A stretch of DNA of 64,000 nucleotides from the NCBI GenBank assembly GCA_039794005.1, contig JBAMMA010000017.1, positions 1 through 64,000 on the forward strand. Direction: 5' to 3'. Below the pieces are notes generated by a model that saw only the letters and a list, made by a program, of their open reading frames with translations, made no database searches and was not told where the DNA came from. Shown in pieces: positions 18,985 through 29,194 of this stretch. The stretch is from Thermoplasmata archaeon (lineage in GTDB: Archaea > Thermoplasmatota > Thermoplasmata > Thermoplasmatales > ARK-15). Position 1 is the stretch's first letter; each line of letters begins with the position of its first letter. Both the position numbers and the translations under genes were made by a program.

Positions 18985-19812
18985 ATGAAGATTAAAATAT
19001 TGCAGATTTCAGAGAGATACATGAGATTTGAAATTGAAGGAATAGACTATGCATATGCCAACATGATTAGGAGAACCTTAATTAACGATATACCAAAACT
19101 TGCGATAAAAAATGTAATATTTCATTTGGGTTCAATAAGAAAAGTTGAAGAAAATGGAAAAGAAAAGGTATATAACAGCTCAACGCCTCTTTTTAACGAA
19201 ATAATATCCCATAGGATTGGATTAATACCTTTAAAAACGGACTTAAATATGAAATTCAGGGATGAATGTAATCATCCCCCGGATCAGGCCTGTCCATTAT
19301 GTACTGTCAATTACACCTTAACAAAATTTGGACCAGGTATTGTTTATTCTGGAGATTTAAAACCAATCGGAGATGAAAAGTTTTCACCCGTAGATCCTGA
19401 TATTCCAATAGTAAAATTGGATGAAAACCAGGCTTTGGTTATTGATGCAGAGGCAATATTGGGCACGGGGAAGGAGCATGCAAGGTGGCAAGTAACAAGC
19501 GGAGTTTCATATAAATTACATAGGGAATTTAAGATACCAAAATATTTAGAAATAACAGAATATATCAGAAAGGATTGTTCCTCCAATATAATTTCAGATG
19601 AAGGAGATACAATGATAGTAACTGATGATTTACCATGCAGACACATCGCAAAGCTATACAGGATGGAAGAAGTTAAAATTGAAGAAGATGAAAATAGATT
19701 CATTTTCCAGTTTGAAACAGATGGTTCTCTTACCGCAAAGGAGACTTTAAAATACGCTATAAAAAGGTTGAGGACAAGATTAGATAAAATAAGGGATTCT
19801 GTGGTTGTGTGA
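18985..19812 (+). CDS. rpoD: DNA-directed RNA polymerase subunit D (Rpo3)
   Basis: ANMIRRTLI, EIISHRIGLIPL, GTGKEHARW, FETDGSL. Follows S13-S4-S11. Confidence 0.95.
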   Translation: MKIKILQISERYMRFEIEGIDYAYANMIRRTLINDIPKLAIKNVIFHLGSIRKVEENGKEKVYNSSTPLFNEIISHRIGLIPLKTDLNMKFRDECNHPPDQACPLCTVNYTLTKFGPGIVYSGDLKPIGDEKFSPVDPDIPIVKLDENQALVIDAEAILGTGKEHARWQVTSGVSYKLHREFKIPKYLEITEYIRKDCSSNIISDEGDTMIVTDDLPCRHIAKLYRMEEVKIEEDENRFIFQFETDGSLTAKETLKYAIKRLRTRLDKIRDSVVV

Positions 19813-21278
19813 AAATGGAACAGAGAAAAGATTTTCTCGATAGATTAAAAAAGTTAGATGAATTGAAAAAGATGAATATAAATCCATATCCTCACTTCTT
19901 TCAATACGATTATTTTATTTCTGAAATAGTAAAAAATCAGGAAAGCTTGATGAACAAATATGTAAGAACTGCTGGAAGGGTAATGTCATTACGTTTCCAT
20001 GGAAAGGTGGGTTTTGCAGATTTGTATTTAGATAATAATAAGATACAGCTCTTCCTGAGATATGATGTATTAAATGAAAAATACAATGAATTTAAAAAGA
20101 TTGTAGACAAGGGGGACTTTTTAGGTGTATATGGCAAGGTAGTAAGAACTGAAAAAGGAGAACTATCAATACTTGTTGAAGAGTTTACACTTTTAGCTAA
20201 ATCACTATATGAATTACCACATCAATGGTTTGGTCTTGAGGATGTTGAAACAAGATATAGGCAGAGATATCTTGACATGATATTAAATCCAGATGTATTT
20301 GAAATTTTTAGGACAAGGTCAAAGATAATAATGGAAATAAGGAAATACCTTGATGAGAGGGGATATCTTGAATTTGAAACTCCAATACTGCAACCTGTCT
20401 ATGGTGGTGCCAATGCTAAACCATTCATTACGCACGTTAATGCAATAGATAAAGATTATTATTTAAGGATATCTGATGAATTGTATTTAAAAAGGCTTCT
20501 TGTGGCGGGTTATCCAAAAGTGTATGAAATTGGGAAGGATTTCAGAAATGAAGATATAGATTCAAAACATAACCCAGAATTTACAATGATGGAGATCTAT
20601 GAGGCGTTTAAAGATTACAAAGATATGATGAAATTAACTGAAGATTTAATAAAAAATGTGTCTGAAAAGGTCGTTGGAAGGTTAAAATTCAAAATAGATG
20701 GTAAGGATATCGATTTATCTGGAGAATGGAAAAAGGTAAGGATGTATGATCTATTAATTGAAGATGGTATTGACCCATACAAAATAAGCGATGATGAAAT
20801 TAAATCATTGTTGAAGAAATATAACATACCTATGCCGGTATATTCCAGAGGTATTGCATTGACGAAGATCTTTGAATCCATACATGAGGAGAGTTTCATT
20901 AATCCTGTATTTGTGATAGATTATCCAAAGGAAAGTACCCCTTTGTGCAAACCACACAGAAATTACCCAGATCTGGTTGAAAGATTTGAATTGTTTATAA
21001 ATGGTATTGAAATAGCAAATGGATATTCAGAACTAAACGATCCATTGTTGCAAGAGGAATTTTTCAAACAAGAGACTGAAAGAAGAATATTGGGAGATGA
21101 GGAGGCACAACAGATAGACTGGGATTTCATTGAAGCCTTGAGAACTGGTATGCCACCGGCAGGAGGAGTGGGGATTGGAATTGACAGAATTACGATGCTT
21201 ATGACTGAAAGATCCAGCATTAAGGAAGTAATTTATTATCCCATACAGGCTCCAAAAAATGATAAGCGAGTTAAATGA
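19809..21278 (+). CDS. lysS: Lysine--tRNA ligase, class II
   Basis: OB-fold anticodon domain, RYRQRYLD, FETPIL, motif 2 FRNEDIDSKHNPEF, motif 3 GIGIDR. Confidence 0.95.
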   Translation: MKMEQRKDFLDRLKKLDELKKMNINPYPHFFQYDYFISEIVKNQESLMNKYVRTAGRVMSLRFHGKVGFADLYLDNNKIQLFLRYDVLNEKYNEFKKIVDKGDFLGVYGKVVRTEKGELSILVEEFTLLAKSLYELPHQWFGLEDVETRYRQRYLDMILNPDVFEIFRTRSKIIMEIRKYLDERGYLEFETPILQPVYGGANAKPFITHVNAIDKDYYLRISDELYLKRLLVAGYPKVYEIGKDFRNEDIDSKHNPEFTMMEIYEAFKDYKDMMKLTEDLIKNVSEKVVGRLKFKIDGKDIDLSGEWKKVRMYDLLIEDGIDPYKISDDEIKSLLKKYNIPMPVYSRGIALTKIFESIHEESFINPVFVIDYPKESTPLCKPHRNYPDLVERFELFINGIEIANGYSELNDPLLQEEFFKQETERRILGDEEAQQIDWDFIEALRTGMPPAGGVGIGIDRITMLMTERSSIKEVIYYPIQAPKNDKRVK

Positions 21279-21555
21279 AATAGATAAAAGAATATTATTT
21301 CATATTTACAATCACGGCCCTGATTCACCAGTCTTCTGGAAAAGGATTGTTCCAGAAGGAAGCATGGATGATGTAAGAAAATCTTTTAAAAAATTGGAGG
21401 AATTGGGTTATATAAAATATTGTGGAAAATTTTTAAAAGGCAATTATGAAACAACATCTGTAAAAAATAATTTAAAAGTAAAGGCCAGGCCACAAAAGTG
21501 GAAACATTCATACTTTTGCTTGACCAAAAAAGTAAAGATTTTGTCAAAAATTTAA
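21259..21555 (+). CDS. Small winged-helix protein (DUF2250-like)
   Basis: KRILFHIYNHGPD..., KKLEELGYI, HSYFCLT. Confidence 0.6.
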   Translation: MISELNEIDKRILFHIYNHGPDSPVFWKRIVPEGSMDDVRKSFKKLEELGYIKYCGKFLKGNYETTSVKNNLKVKARPQKWKHSYFCLTKKVKILSKI

Positions 21556-23543
21556 TTCAGGTTTAACCTTTTTCTTATTTCAGGGGCTATTTTTTTATAG
21601 AATTCAACGCAGTCCCTGTTTATTATAGTATCCAGATTTGTTATTGGCCTATTATTCATAATATTGCTTACAATGATCTCCACCTTCTTTTGATTAAAGG
21701 TGTATGGTATTTCTGGAACTTCAACTATAATATCTGGTACATGTCTAGGGCTTCCTTCTTTTCTCAATTTTTCCTTTATTTTCTTTTCTAAATTTTCATC
21801 CAATTTATAATCATTTCTTAGCTTTACAAATAATGCAATTTTTTGATCTCCAGGTATGTCAATTCCTACAACAACGCTATCCTCAATTTCATTTATACCC
21901 TCTAAAATACGATAAATTTCAGCAGTACCAATTCTCACGCCAGATGGTTTTAAGGTTGAATCTGACCTACCAAGGAATATTATACCATTTGTAACACTGT
22001 CAAATATAACAAAATCCCCATGTCTCCAAACAATTTTCTTAGGATAATAATATGAAAAGTAAGTTTCAAAATATCTATTGTTGTTTTCATCATGGAGGAA
22101 ATATAGTGGCATTGATGGAGATGGCATTTCACATACAAGCTCCCCTACAGAATCCAATATTGGATTTCCATTTTGATCATAGCATGCAATTTTCATACCC
22201 AGCCCTTTTGATTGCACCTGTCCGGAATATACAGGTAAGATGGGTGAACCAATGCCAAAGCATCCATTAATATCAGTTCCACCTGAAATTGAATTGAAAT
22301 GAATATTTTTCTTGATTTTTTCATAAATGTATTCAAAACCCTCAGGGGATAGTGGAGAACCTGTCTGTGATATTTCTCTTAGACTATCCAATCTAAAATA
22401 TTCACTTGGATTTGCATTTAATGTTCTAAGTGTATTAATGTATGTTGCACTGACGCCCAAAAATGTCAATTTATTTCTTTCGGCTATATCAAACATCGTT
22501 TTCCAGTCCGGATATAAAGGATTTCCATCAAATATTAGATATTTAGAACCTACAGCTAAAGAAGATGTTATCCAATTCCACATCATCCAACTTGGAGATG
22601 TAATATATGTGACAATATCATCCTCCCTTAAATCTGAATGTATAATTAATTCCTTTAAGTGATTTAATAAGACGCCTGCAGTTGGCTGAACCATAGATTT
22701 AGGTTTTCCGGTAGTTCCAGAAGAAAACATTATGAAGAGTGGATGATTACCATCAACATCTTTAAAAATTAATTTTTTTGGATAATAATCTTTGGATATA
22801 TCTTCAAAATAAACCATTCTTTTATTTTTTATATATTCATCAGACCTATTGTGAAATAATATTATCATTTTTATTGATTCAATTTTTTCTAATATCTTAT
22901 TTATATTTTCCTCCATTTTATACACTTTTCCTTTATATCTGTATGAATCAACAGTAAACAATATTTCAGGCCTTATTTGTTCAAGCCTATCTATTATAAC
23001 TGTAGGTCCAAGTTCTGTTCCCATAGAGGACCATATTCCTCCCAAAGATGTTGATGCTAAAAGAGAATAGACGGTTTCAGGGATATGTGGCATATATGCC
23101 GCAATACTCTTGCCATAGATGTCTATATTTTCATCTATAAATTGCTGCAGAATGGATACCTTTTCGTTTAATTGTTTCCATGTTATGATTTCATGAATTA
23201 AAAAATCTGGTTCAGATTCAAATATTATTGATGTTGAATCATCATTTTTTCTTAATAGATTTTTGGCGTAATTTAATTTTGAATTTGTAAACCATTTTGC
23301 CCCCGGAAATTTATTAATGTCATCAACAACCTTATCAAATTTTTTAGTATAAATTACATTTGTAAAATCCCAAACAGATTCCCAAAATTTTTCATATTCG
23401 TTTACAGACCATTTCCAAAGGTCTTCATAATTTTTTATATTAACATTATATTTGTTATTAACATAATTCATAAATTTGAACATATTGCTATTTTCAACTG
23501 TTTTTTCGTCAGGATTCCATAATAACTTTCTTTTAATTTCCAT
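21552..23543 (-). CDS. Acetoacetate--CoA ligase (ANL superfamily)
   Basis: LWKWSV...FWESVW, FSSGTTGKPK, WMMWNW, SISGGTDI, WRHGD, GRSDSTLKPSGVRIGTAEIY. Confidence 0.9.
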   Translation of the reverse strand: MEIKRKLLWNPDEKTVENSNMFKFMNYVNNKYNVNIKNYEDLWKWSVNEYEKFWESVWDFTNVIYTKKFDKVVDDINKFPGAKWFTNSKLNYAKNLLRKNDDSTSIIFESEPDFLIHEIITWKQLNEKVSILQQFIDENIDIYGKSIAAYMPHIPETVYSLLASTSLGGIWSSMGTELGPTVIIDRLEQIRPEILFTVDSYRYKGKVYKMEENINKILEKIESIKMIILFHNRSDEYIKNKRMVYFEDISKDYYPKKLIFKDVDGNHPLFIMFSSGTTGKPKSMVQPTAGVLLNHLKELIIHSDLREDDIVTYITSPSWMMWNWITSSLAVGSKYLIFDGNPLYPDWKTMFDIAERNKLTFLGVSATYINTLRTLNANPSEYFRLDSLREISQTGSPLSPEGFEYIYEKIKKNIHFNSISGGTDINGCFGIGSPILPVYSGQVQSKGLGMKIACYDQNGNPILDSVGELVCEMPSPSMPLYFLHDENNNRYFETYFSYYYPKKIVWRHGDFVIFDSVTNGIIFLGRSDSTLKPSGVRIGTAEIYRILEGINEIEDSVVVGIDIPGDQKIALFVKLRNDYKLDENLEKKIKEKLRKEGSPRHVPDIIVEVPEIPYTFNQKKVEIIVSNIMNNRPITNLDTIINRDCVEFYKKIAPEIRKRLNLN

Positions 23544-23627
23544 TATCGTCTTTATTAAAAAATTTTATATTAAATTTTATTCCGTAAGATATAAAAAACA
23601 TTTTTATACGTTAAAAAATTTAACAGA

Positions 23628-23658
23628 TTGAGCGATGTTCCTGAGAGGAGAAGCTCGG
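23628..23658 (+). promoter_or_regulatory. Structured 5' leader of rpl15e (candidate eL15 autoregulatory leader)
   Basis: Hairpin TTGAGC-GATG-TTCCT-GAG-AGGAG-AA-GCTCGG lies between TATA (23601-23608) and SD GTGA (23662-23665). Confidence 0.55.
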
Positions 23659-23671
23659 AAAGTGATTAAAA

Positions 23672-24214
23672 ATGGTAAGAAATATGTATTATTTCATTTC
23701 CCAGGTGTGGAAAAGGCCAAAAGATGGTTGGCTTGGAGAAGAGCAATGGAAAAGGATGATATCATGGAGACGCGGACCCTCAGTCGTTAGAATTGAAAGA
23801 CCAACGAGGTTGGACAGGGCAAGAAAACTTGGATATAAAGCAAAACAGGGAATAATAGTTGTTAGGGTAAGGGTAAGAAGAGGAGGATTTAACAAGCCTG
23901 CAATAAGGGGCGGAAGGAGACCTAAAAGAAGAGGCATTTTAAAAATAACACTGAGAAAAAGCATAAGATTAATAGCGGAGGAAAGAGCCGCAAAAAGATA
24001 TCCAAACATGGAGGTCCTTAATTCTTACTATGTTGGAGAGGATGGACTATACAAATATTATGAGGTTATTTTGGTAGACAGAAGCCATCCTGCAATAATA
24101 AATGATAAAAATCTTTCATGGATAACAAAACAAAAGGGCAGAGTATACAGAGCAAAAACATCAGCTGGCCAAAAGATACGTGGATTAAGGAAATCAAGAG
24201 GTTTTAAAAATTAA
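23672..24214 (+). CDS. rpl15e: 50S ribosomal protein L15e (eL15)
   Basis: [36 protein letters not shown]. Confidence 0.97.
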   Translation: MVRNMYYFISQVWKRPKDGWLGEEQWKRMISWRRGPSVVRIERPTRLDRARKLGYKAKQGIIVVRVRVRRGGFNKPAIRGGRRPKRRGILKITLRKSIRLIAEERAAKRYPNMEVLNSYYVGEDGLYKYYEVILVDRSHPAIINDKNLSWITKQKGRVYRAKTSAGQKIRGLRKSRGFKN

Positions 24215-25330
24215 ATGAAAATTTTACAAATTTCTGATGTTTCATTTCCTCACATCGGTGGCATTGAAAGAACTACATATAAATATGGAAAAGAATTTAT
24301 AAAAAATGGCCATAAATCTTACGTTCTTACATCTAGATTGGAAGGGACTAAAAGGATTGAGAACATTGAAGGCACAATTTATATTAGAGTTCCAAAATAC
24401 CTCCTGCCAATTTTTTCATTTTCAATTGAAGATTTTGATATAATACATTCACATTCATATTTATCTTTTTATTCATTAGATCTATATAAAAAAATAAATA
24501 AAAAGAAGGTCATATTTAAGCACATACATTCCGTTTTTGGTAAAAATCTAAACGCATACACAGGTTGGAATTTATCGAGGTTGTTATCGATTTTTGAGGA
24601 ATCTTTGATAAAGGCTGAATGCGACGCTTACATTGTACCAAGTAATTTTACTAAGAGTATGATAGAAAATTATGTATCAAAAAAGGAAATATTTGTCATA
24701 TACCATGGACCGGAATACGATAATTTTCCTGATAAAAATGAGGCTAGAAAAAGACTAAATATAAATGATGATGATTTCATAATAGGTTTTGTAGGTAGAT
24801 TATCTTACGGAAAAGGACCGCAGGACATTGTGAAAATTATGCCAGAAATTGTAAAAATTAATAAAAATGTTAAATTATTCTTAATAGGCCCAAACCCGTC
24901 ATTAAAAAGTTCTGGAATCAAAGGTATAAAAGATGAGCTTGAAATTATGGTTAAAAAATATAAAATTGAGGATAATGTTAAATTTTTAGGTTTTGTTGAT
25001 GATAAATTGATTCCATACTATTATTCTTCTATGGATACTTTTGTAATGCCTAGTAGAAATGAGGGGTTCGGAATTTCAATTGTAAATGCAATGGCTGCCG
25101 GGGTACCAGTAATTTCATACGACAACACGGCAATTCCTGAAACTGTTGGGGATGGGGGAATTTTGGTTCCAACAGGTGATCACGAAAAAATAAAGGAATG
25201 GATTCTTAAGCTTATGGAAAATGAAGATTTGAGAAAATTCTATTCAGAAAAGGCAAAAAATAGAGCTAAAGATTTTGATTGGTCTAAAAGTGTTAAAAAA
25301 TTATTAGAAATTTATTCATCCTATCTTTGA
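24215..25330 (+). CDS. Glycosyltransferase family 4 (GT-B)
   Basis: [33 protein letters not shown]. Confidence 0.9.
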   Translation: MKILQISDVSFPHIGGIERTTYKYGKEFIKNGHKSYVLTSRLEGTKRIENIEGTIYIRVPKYLLPIFSFSIEDFDIIHSHSYLSFYSLDLYKKINKKKVIFKHIHSVFGKNLNAYTGWNLSRLLSIFEESLIKAECDAYIVPSNFTKSMIENYVSKKEIFVIYHGPEYDNFPDKNEARKRLNINDDDFIIGFVGRLSYGKGPQDIVKIMPEIVKINKNVKLFLIGPNPSLKSSGIKGIKDELEIMVKKYKIEDNVKFLGFVDDKLIPYYYSSMDTFVMPSRNEGFGISIVNAMAAGVPVISYDNTAIPETVGDGGILVPTGDHEKIKEWILKLMENEDLRKFYSEKAKNRAKDFDWSKSVKKLLEIYSSYL

Positions 25331-26917
25331 CCTTTTATATTTCAATGCTGCCTGAACCAAACCCAAATGCATCCTTGAAGGATTTAATGGCCTGCTCTTG
25401 AATTCCGGATGGAATTGTGTGCCAACATAAAATGGATGATTTTTATATTCGAAAATCTCCATCCTTTTGCCGGATTCATCTACACCCGTAAATATCAGAC
25501 CATTTTTCTCTAATTCTGGTATAAAATTTGGATTTACTTCATACCTATGCCTGTGTCTCTCATATATTATTATTTTATTATAAAGACTAAATGCTATTGA
25601 ATTCTCTTTTATTATCACTTTCTGGGCACCCAATCTCATTGTACCCCCATATTTATCAATATTCTTTTGTTCATCCATTAAGTCTATAACCGGATAAGGA
25701 GTATCTTTGACAAATTCGGTGCTATTTGCCTCTTTGTATCCTAAAACATTTCTCGCGAATTCTACAACTGCCATTTGAAATCCAAGACATACACCAAGGA
25801 AAGGAATATTATTTTCTCTTGCATATTTTGCGGCCAATATTTTACCTTCGGTGCCTCTCTGACCAAATCCGCCGGGTATTAAAATGCCGTCAACATTGGA
25901 CAAATCTTCTTTCCCAATTTCATATAATTCGGAGTCTACCCATTTAATATTTATCTTTACTTTTAGATAAGAAGAGACATGTGTAAACGATTCAATATGA
26001 CTTAGATATGAATCTTTCAGGTTAACGTATTTCCCAACTATTGCAATTGTTACCTCATCTTCAGGAGTATATAAATTTGATAAAAATTCCTTCCATTTTG
26101 ATAGGTTTGGAGGATCCTTTTTCAATTTCAATTTTTTGTCAATATATTCATCGAGTTTCTGCTCCTCAAAAATTAATGGTACCTCATAAACAGACCTTTT
26201 TGCGTCTGGCGCACTTATAACGGCATTTATAGGAACATCACAGAATGATGCAATCTTCTCTTTTGTTTCCTGCGTCAATGGAACTTTGCATCTACCTACT
26301 ATTATGTCTGGCTGGATACCCATTGATCTCAATTCCCTAACGCTGTGTTGAGTTGGCTTTGTTTTCTGTTCACCAACAACGTCTATAATAGGTACCAAAG
26401 TTGTATGAACAAATATAACATTTTCCTCTCCCAATTCCCTCCTCAGCTGCCTCATGGCTTCCAAAAAAGGCATCGATTCAATGTCCCCAACAGTTCCTCC
26501 TACCTCTATGACCGTTAAATCATAATTTCTTCCTACTCTTTTTATTCTTTCTAATATTTCATCAGTAATGTGTGGTATTATTTGAACTGTTCTTCCCAGA
26601 TATTCGCCTTTTCTCTCTTTCTCAATTACAGATAAATAGATTTTACCTGTTGTAATATTATTTTCACTTCCTAAAGATACATCTAAAAATCTTTCATAAT
26701 TACCTAGGTCTAAGTCTACTTCGGTCCCATCATCCAGAACAAATACTTCTCCGTGTTGATATGGATTCATTGTTCCAGCATCATAATTAATGTAAGGGTC
26801 AATTTTTATAATTCCAACATTCAACCCCTTTGCCTGCATCAATTTTGCTATACTTGATGTTGTAATACCTTTTCCTAAACCAGAAATAACTCCTCCAGTG
26901 ACAATAATAAACTTCAT
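25316..26917 (-). CDS. pyrG: CTP synthase
   Basis: [38 protein letters not shown]. Confidence 0.98.
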   Translation of the reverse strand: MKFIIVTGGVISGLGKGITTSSIAKLMQAKGLNVGIIKIDPYINYDAGTMNPYQHGEVFVLDDGTEVDLDLGNYERFLDVSLGSENNITTGKIYLSVIEKERKGEYLGRTVQIIPHITDEILERIKRVGRNYDLTVIEVGGTVGDIESMPFLEAMRQLRRELGEENVIFVHTTLVPIIDVVGEQKTKPTQHSVRELRSMGIQPDIIVGRCKVPLTQETKEKIASFCDVPINAVISAPDAKRSVYEVPLIFEEQKLDEYIDKKLKLKKDPPNLSKWKEFLSNLYTPEDEVTIAIVGKYVNLKDSYLSHIESFTHVSSYLKVKINIKWVDSELYEIGKEDLSNVDGILIPGGFGQRGTEGKILAAKYARENNIPFLGVCLGFQMAVVEFARNVLGYKEANSTEFVKDTPYPVIDLMDEQKNIDKYGGTMRLGAQKVIIKENSIAFSLYNKIIIYERHRHRYEVNPNFIPELEKNGLIFTGVDESGKRMEIFEYKNHPFYVGTQFHPEFKSRPLNPSRMHLGLVQAALKYKRSKIG

Positions 26918-27020
26918 GTGATAACATCAAATTTTACGTAATTTTAAATCTTTTTTAATTTCATAATTTATATTAAATGGACTAGAGAATAAATTAAATA
27001 TAATATTAAAATACAAGATT

Positions 27021-28256
27021 GTGAAAAATGAGCATTTTAATTTCATTCTATTAATAATTTCATCATTCATAGCAAATGTTGGAATAGGAATGGCATGGCC
27101 ATACTTACCCATATATATTTCAATTTTGGGAGGAGTTATTTTAGATATAACACTTTTATCAATTTTGTACAATTTGTTGGGAAGTCTTTCTCAATATCCC
27201 TGGGGGAAATGGTCTGATGCCACTGGTATAAAAAAATGGTTCATTTCATTTGGCAATATTTCCTACGGCTTCTTTATGATGTTAATGTCCTTAACAACAT
27301 CAGTTTCATTGATTTTAATATATAGATCATTTCAGGGACTTTTTTCATCAATGTCTACGCCAACAACTAGCGCATTGATAGTTGAGTTGGCCGGGGATAA
27401 AATAGGGACATATTTTGGATTTTACAATTCTATTTCAGAATTGGGATATAGCATAGGAAATATACTTGGAAGTTACGTAGTGAGTTTTCTCGGAGGACCA
27501 AAAAGTACAATTTTCTTTGGTTCTTTGATTGTTTTGTTTTCATCTTTACCAGTTTTAATAATTAAGGAAAGGAGATTAAAAATTGAAAGACATAAAATTC
27601 CATTTCCAACCTTAAGACCTGAGGGAAAACCTGGAAGATTTCCTATTCATTTAAAAGATGCTTTAAATATATTTAAAACAAACAGGGATATTTTTCACAT
27701 TGTTATTGCATCAATATTTGTTATGACCGCTTCGGGCATAGTATATTCAATTTTACCAATATATTTTTCATACAAATTTGGGGAACATTACGTTGGAATA
27801 TTTTATGGTATAGAGGCTCTCTCAGTCGTTATATTCACACCTATTTTCGGTTATTTTGCAGATAGAAAAAATATAAAATATATACTACTTTTTGGCATAT
27901 CAGGTTATATTTTAACGTATATACTATATTATTTATCATTTTCAAATTTAATGGTTATAATATCTGAAATTATATCGGGAATGAAATGGTCAGCGTTTAT
28001 TATTTCAGCATCAACATATGTTTCAATACTTTCACCTCCTGGGAAACAAGCAAGATCTCAGGCTCTATTTAACATTTCTCAGACAATAGGTTATGTTTTT
28101 GGTCCTGTTTTAACGGTATTAGTATATTCTTATTATGGAAACTTTTTAAGTGTATTTACACTCGGAATAATATTCGCAATTATAGGCCTTGTTTATTCTT
28201 ATTTAAAGACAAAATCTATCACTAGGGCGAAAAATAATTACTCAAAACAGGCATGA
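27021..28256 (+). CDS. MFS transporter (12 TM)
   Basis: Motif A twice (WGKWSDATGIKK; FGYFADRKNIK). Confidence 0.88.
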   Translation: MKNEHFNFILLIISSFIANVGIGMAWPYLPIYISILGGVILDITLLSILYNLLGSLSQYPWGKWSDATGIKKWFISFGNISYGFFMMLMSLTTSVSLILIYRSFQGLFSSMSTPTTSALIVELAGDKIGTYFGFYNSISELGYSIGNILGSYVVSFLGGPKSTIFFGSLIVLFSSLPVLIIKERRLKIERHKIPFPTLRPEGKPGRFPIHLKDALNIFKTNRDIFHIVIASIFVMTASGIVYSILPIYFSYKFGEHYVGIFYGIEALSVVIFTPIFGYFADRKNIKYILLFGISGYILTYILYYLSFSNLMVIISEIISGMKWSAFIISASTYVSILSPPGKQARSQALFNISQTIGYVFGPVLTVLVYSYYGNFLSVFTLGIIFAIIGLVYSYLKTKSITRAKNNYSKQA

Positions 28257-29139
28257 CAAGTTTATACATTTCCCCATTCTCCTTCATAATCTCGAGTATT
28301 GAGAATATTGGGAATAGTTTAAGTGCTTCGCTTCTTTCGATTAAGATGCTTTTTCTAATTTTTTCAAACTCCTTGAATATATTATATATAAAGAAGCCCA
28401 TCAGTACATGTATGTCAGGATTTTTACCGAGCTCTTTTTCAATATATTTAGTAAATAGATATTGGCTACCTTCCTCATTCTTACCGTTCAGATAATCTAT
28501 CATATCGTCCGCAATCTGATATGATATTCCTAATGCATTACCATAGTTTTTAGCATCTTCTTGATATTTTTTGCCTTCATTAGACGTAAGAATTCCTATT
28601 TGTGCAGCACCTGCAAATAGTGAACCACTCTTCAGTTCGATCAAATTTTTGTAAGATATTTTATCTGTAAATCTATTATCATTCGATATCATATCCAGGT
28701 ATTCGCCTATAGAAGCCTTTGACCATGTTTCCAATCCTACCTTCAAAAACTCTTCCCCTTCAGACCTCGCAATTTCCAAAGATTCAGAAATCAATATGTG
28801 AGGGAGGATAATCGCCTTTTCTATACCATATTTTTTCCATAGAGTAGGCCTTTTTCTTCTTTCAACACTTTTATCTATTATGTCATCATGTATGAGAGAT
28901 GCTGCATGTCCCAATTCAGCAGAAACTGCAAGCCTATAGGCTTTATCCATATATCCATCAAAACATTCGCTGGTTAAAAGCAAGATAATTCCTCTAAGTC
29001 TTTTTCCATCGTTCAATGCATATTTAGACATTTCTAAAATTTCTCCCTCGAAATGTGATTCTAAATATTCATTGATTTTTTCATCTATATTTTTCTTTTT
29101 TTCCGCAAGGTTTTCAATCAATTTACTAAACTCCACCAA
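28222..29139 (-). CDS. trans-isoprenyl diphosphate synthase (probably longer than C20)
   Basis: GKRLR, FARM HAASLIHDDIID, RRKRP, SARM YQIADDMID. Confidence 0.88.
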   Translation of the reverse strand: MVEFSKLIENLAEKKKNIDEKINEYLESHFEGEILEMSKYALNDGKRLRGIILLLTSECFDGYMDKAYRLAVSAELGHAASLIHDDIIDKSVERRKRPTLWKKYGIEKAIILPHILISESLEIARSEGEEFLKVGLETWSKASIGEYLDMISNDNRFTDKISYKNLIELKSGSLFAGAAQIGILTSNEGKKYQEDAKNYGNALGISYQIADDMIDYLNGKNEEGSQYLFTKYIEKELGKNPDIHVLMGFFIYNIFKEFEKIRKSILIERSEALKLFPIFSILEIMKENGEMYKLVMPVLSNYFSP

Positions 29140-29194
29140 GATGCATCACTACGAATAAAAGAATAATTAAAAAGTATAAAAAATTAATCAAATT

